Made by a program: the position numbers and the translations under genes. The notes below the pieces were generated by a model. The model ran no database searches, was not told where the DNA came from, and worked only from the letters and a program-made list of their open reading frames with translations. Of a DNA stretch of 64,000 nt, positions 61,741 through 64,000 are shown piece by piece (position 1 is the stretch's first letter; each line of letters starts with the position of its first letter). The stretch lies in NCBI RefSeq assembly GCF_037042905.1, contig NC_087251.1:46874001-46938000 (forward strand), given 5' to 3'. The DNA is from Lytechinus pictus. Taxonomy: Eukaryota.

Positions 61741-63828
61741 AATCCTAGTCCTCAATCTTACCCCAACAAATGAAAAAAAAAAACACTGTACATAGGGCCT
61801 ATGCAAATATTGTTACATTCAGCAGTAATTGCTACGCCCCCTCCTTACAACAATCAGTCCCTCCAAGCGCAACCCCAAATAAGCCCCCCCCCCCCAATGA
61901 AAATTATACAAATTTGGTTAACTTTGTTAAATTGCGTGGAGATAACTCTGTAGAAATTTTGCACTGTGGATGAAGGGTGAGAATCAAGTTGCCCCCCATG
62001 CACCCGGGACATGCACCCAATATTATTGTGCCCGAACCTTAAAGGGTCTTCATATGGGTTTTGATAACGCATTAATGGTCCATTCATCCATAATATAATC
62101 AATCAAGCTATTCTTCGTTGGGTAATTGTTATAGGATACAATGCCGCCTCAGGTGTATTGTTGTTAATCGATTTATTGACTGGACTTTGTATTCGAGGAG
62201 GATATGAATATTCATTAATGGAATTTGATTATATAGGCTTATACGCCAATTTAATTGGTTTCGATTGAATGATTTTTTTTTTCAAGGCTAATGTTTTATG
62301 TTTACCTTCTGTAAATTGCGATACTAGTACCAGCCCAATATGTAGCTCGATCGATCTGTGTAAGACTGTAGTTCTTGCTACATTAACTAAAAGCAGCTCT
62401 CAGTCCCAGTGGGGGGGGGGGGGGGGGGGGGGGGGAGAAATGTACTGGCAACTCCCCTTATTCTGTTTATTCCAAACTACTTCTATGTTTCTGAGCCCTA
62501 TCTTTTTTTTGTGGGGGGGGGGGGGCTATCATATATATTTTCAGTCGAAAAAAAATCAATTCAGAAAGGGGCTAATGTAATGACCCCACCAGTAACCCCC
62601 ACTCTGCCATCCAGTTGCCCCAAACAGACCTTGCGTGGTCCACCCTAGGCCCTGCGCCCAAATCGTAATTTCACATTCGGGGGGGGGGGGGGGACCCACC
62701 TCGAAAAAAAAGATTTTTGAATGGAAAGAGGCCGTCGTTCCGCTGTCCACTAATCAGCTGCCAAACACGAATGACATTGGAAATACCTGAGCAGCGGAAA
62801 ACAAAACTAAGTTAATATCTTCACCAATCGTTCATTGATCTGCAGATTATAACGCGTGTAATTAATCACGACCGATTCGCAGGCAGGATCGCTCGCGCTA
62901 ATCTCATCACAGACAAGCGTTCTCATGAATGAATGAACACAATGACAGCGCGATATGGCAAGAACATAGGTGTTCGCCGCGACATATCGGAAAGCCGATA
63001 CCTACAAGGCCAGAGAGAGGAAGTAAAATTTGCATATGAAATCGGTGCTGACATTGAAGTATAATACATCGCCGCTCGATTCTTCCGCGGCGAGGGAAAC
63101 ACTTGTGTTTGGCGTTTTTAACGGCGATTAAATCGTTAATTTTTATTTGATGAATGTCAAGAGCATTAATAGACACGAATTCATGCTAAATTGAGACTCT
63201 TTATGTATTTGGGACGTTTAAAAATATACATCCGGACTAAATTTCATATCTGCGCATTAAGCCTGTGTTTGAGTGAGTGCTTCGGCAGTCATTTCCTCTG
63301 AATCACCCGTTCATAATGTCGGTGCTATGCGGTCCACGAAGTTGGAGAGAAGGTTCACTTTTTGCATTTTATCGCCTAAAATTGGATGAATAATGGATAA
63401 TACACGGAGGTAACGAATTGTCTTGAATAAAGGAAGATGGAGGAGAGAGATACCCCACTGGACGAGTAAGTGTTTTTGATAAAATTTTGTTAGAAATCTC
63501 CGTTAGGCCCCGAATGATACATTGGACTCCTGTGTGCATGGTGTGTACGGTATGTGTGTGTGGAAACTGGAAGGTATTGATAGGACAGCTCAGCTTCGAT
63601 TCGGGGCCCTGAGTGGGGTGAAACACGAGAATGCCCGATCATAACACACCGCAAAGAAATTATTTAAAAAGTGAGATTGCAATTGTAGTTTTCAGTGACA
63701 TTATTCTATATTTAAATAAAACAAATTTTACTGAGCTTTTGTTTTGTCTCATGGCGTATCAATAAAATTTGACGGAGAATGACCAGTGTTTATTGTAGTT
63801 GTACTGTAGGCCTACATGATTTTTTTTT

Positions 63829-63999
63829 CTAATGACTGAGACTGAGTGATGGACGATCATCATGTTCAATCCGGTAGACATAGTCAGAGGCGCATGCATA
63901 TTTTGCATTACCATTGGTGCTGATAACATTACATACCTCTGCATTGTTGCCACTGACTATGGGTATGGCTTGGCCATTGGACACCGACTGCCAGTCTTT
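63829..63999 (-). CDS. Possible 3'-terminal coding exon of an unidentified gene extending beyond the window
   Basis: Open frame from the window edge, KDWQSVSNGQAIPIVSGNNAEVCNVISTNGNAKYACASDYVYRIEHDDRPSLSLSH*, with AATAAA on the minus strand about 35 nt after the stop. Confidence 0.4.
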   Translation of the reverse strand, partial: KDWQSVSNGQAIPIVSGNNAEVCNVISTNGNAKYACASDYVYRIEHDDRPSLSLSH

Positions 64000-64000
64000 G

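Overview
AT-rich, intron-rich animal genomic DNA. The repeat landscape suggests a marine invertebrate, possibly an echinoderm, but that is an inference. Three host genes are supported. ZFPL1 (minus strand) has only its first coding exon here, at 8985-9086. A TAF1A-like gene (RNA polymerase I SL1 subunit, minus strand, 13298-27103) has 10 coding exons giving 683 aa, a GC-AG intron and an unusual Lys-rich N-terminal extension. A TTC9C-like TPR gene (plus strand, 34039-51610) has 3 coding exons giving 213 aa. A possible last exon of another minus-strand gene enters at the right edge. Mobile DNA is dense: an apparently intact hAT transposon with a 6-bp TSD inside a TAF1A intron; a young PHD-PHD-APE-RT LINE missing its RT catalytic core; three families of TTAA-flanked Kolobok-like non-autonomous elements; piggyBac-, Tc1/mariner-, hAT- and Harbinger-like MITEs; tRNA-derived SINEs; and decayed Tx1 and L2/CR1 fragments. 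A 1.9-kb tandem array of 136-139-bp palindromic units appears to be built from a Harbinger-like MITE. There is no CRISPR array and no rRNA or bona fide tRNA gene. All calls were made by eye, with no database search.
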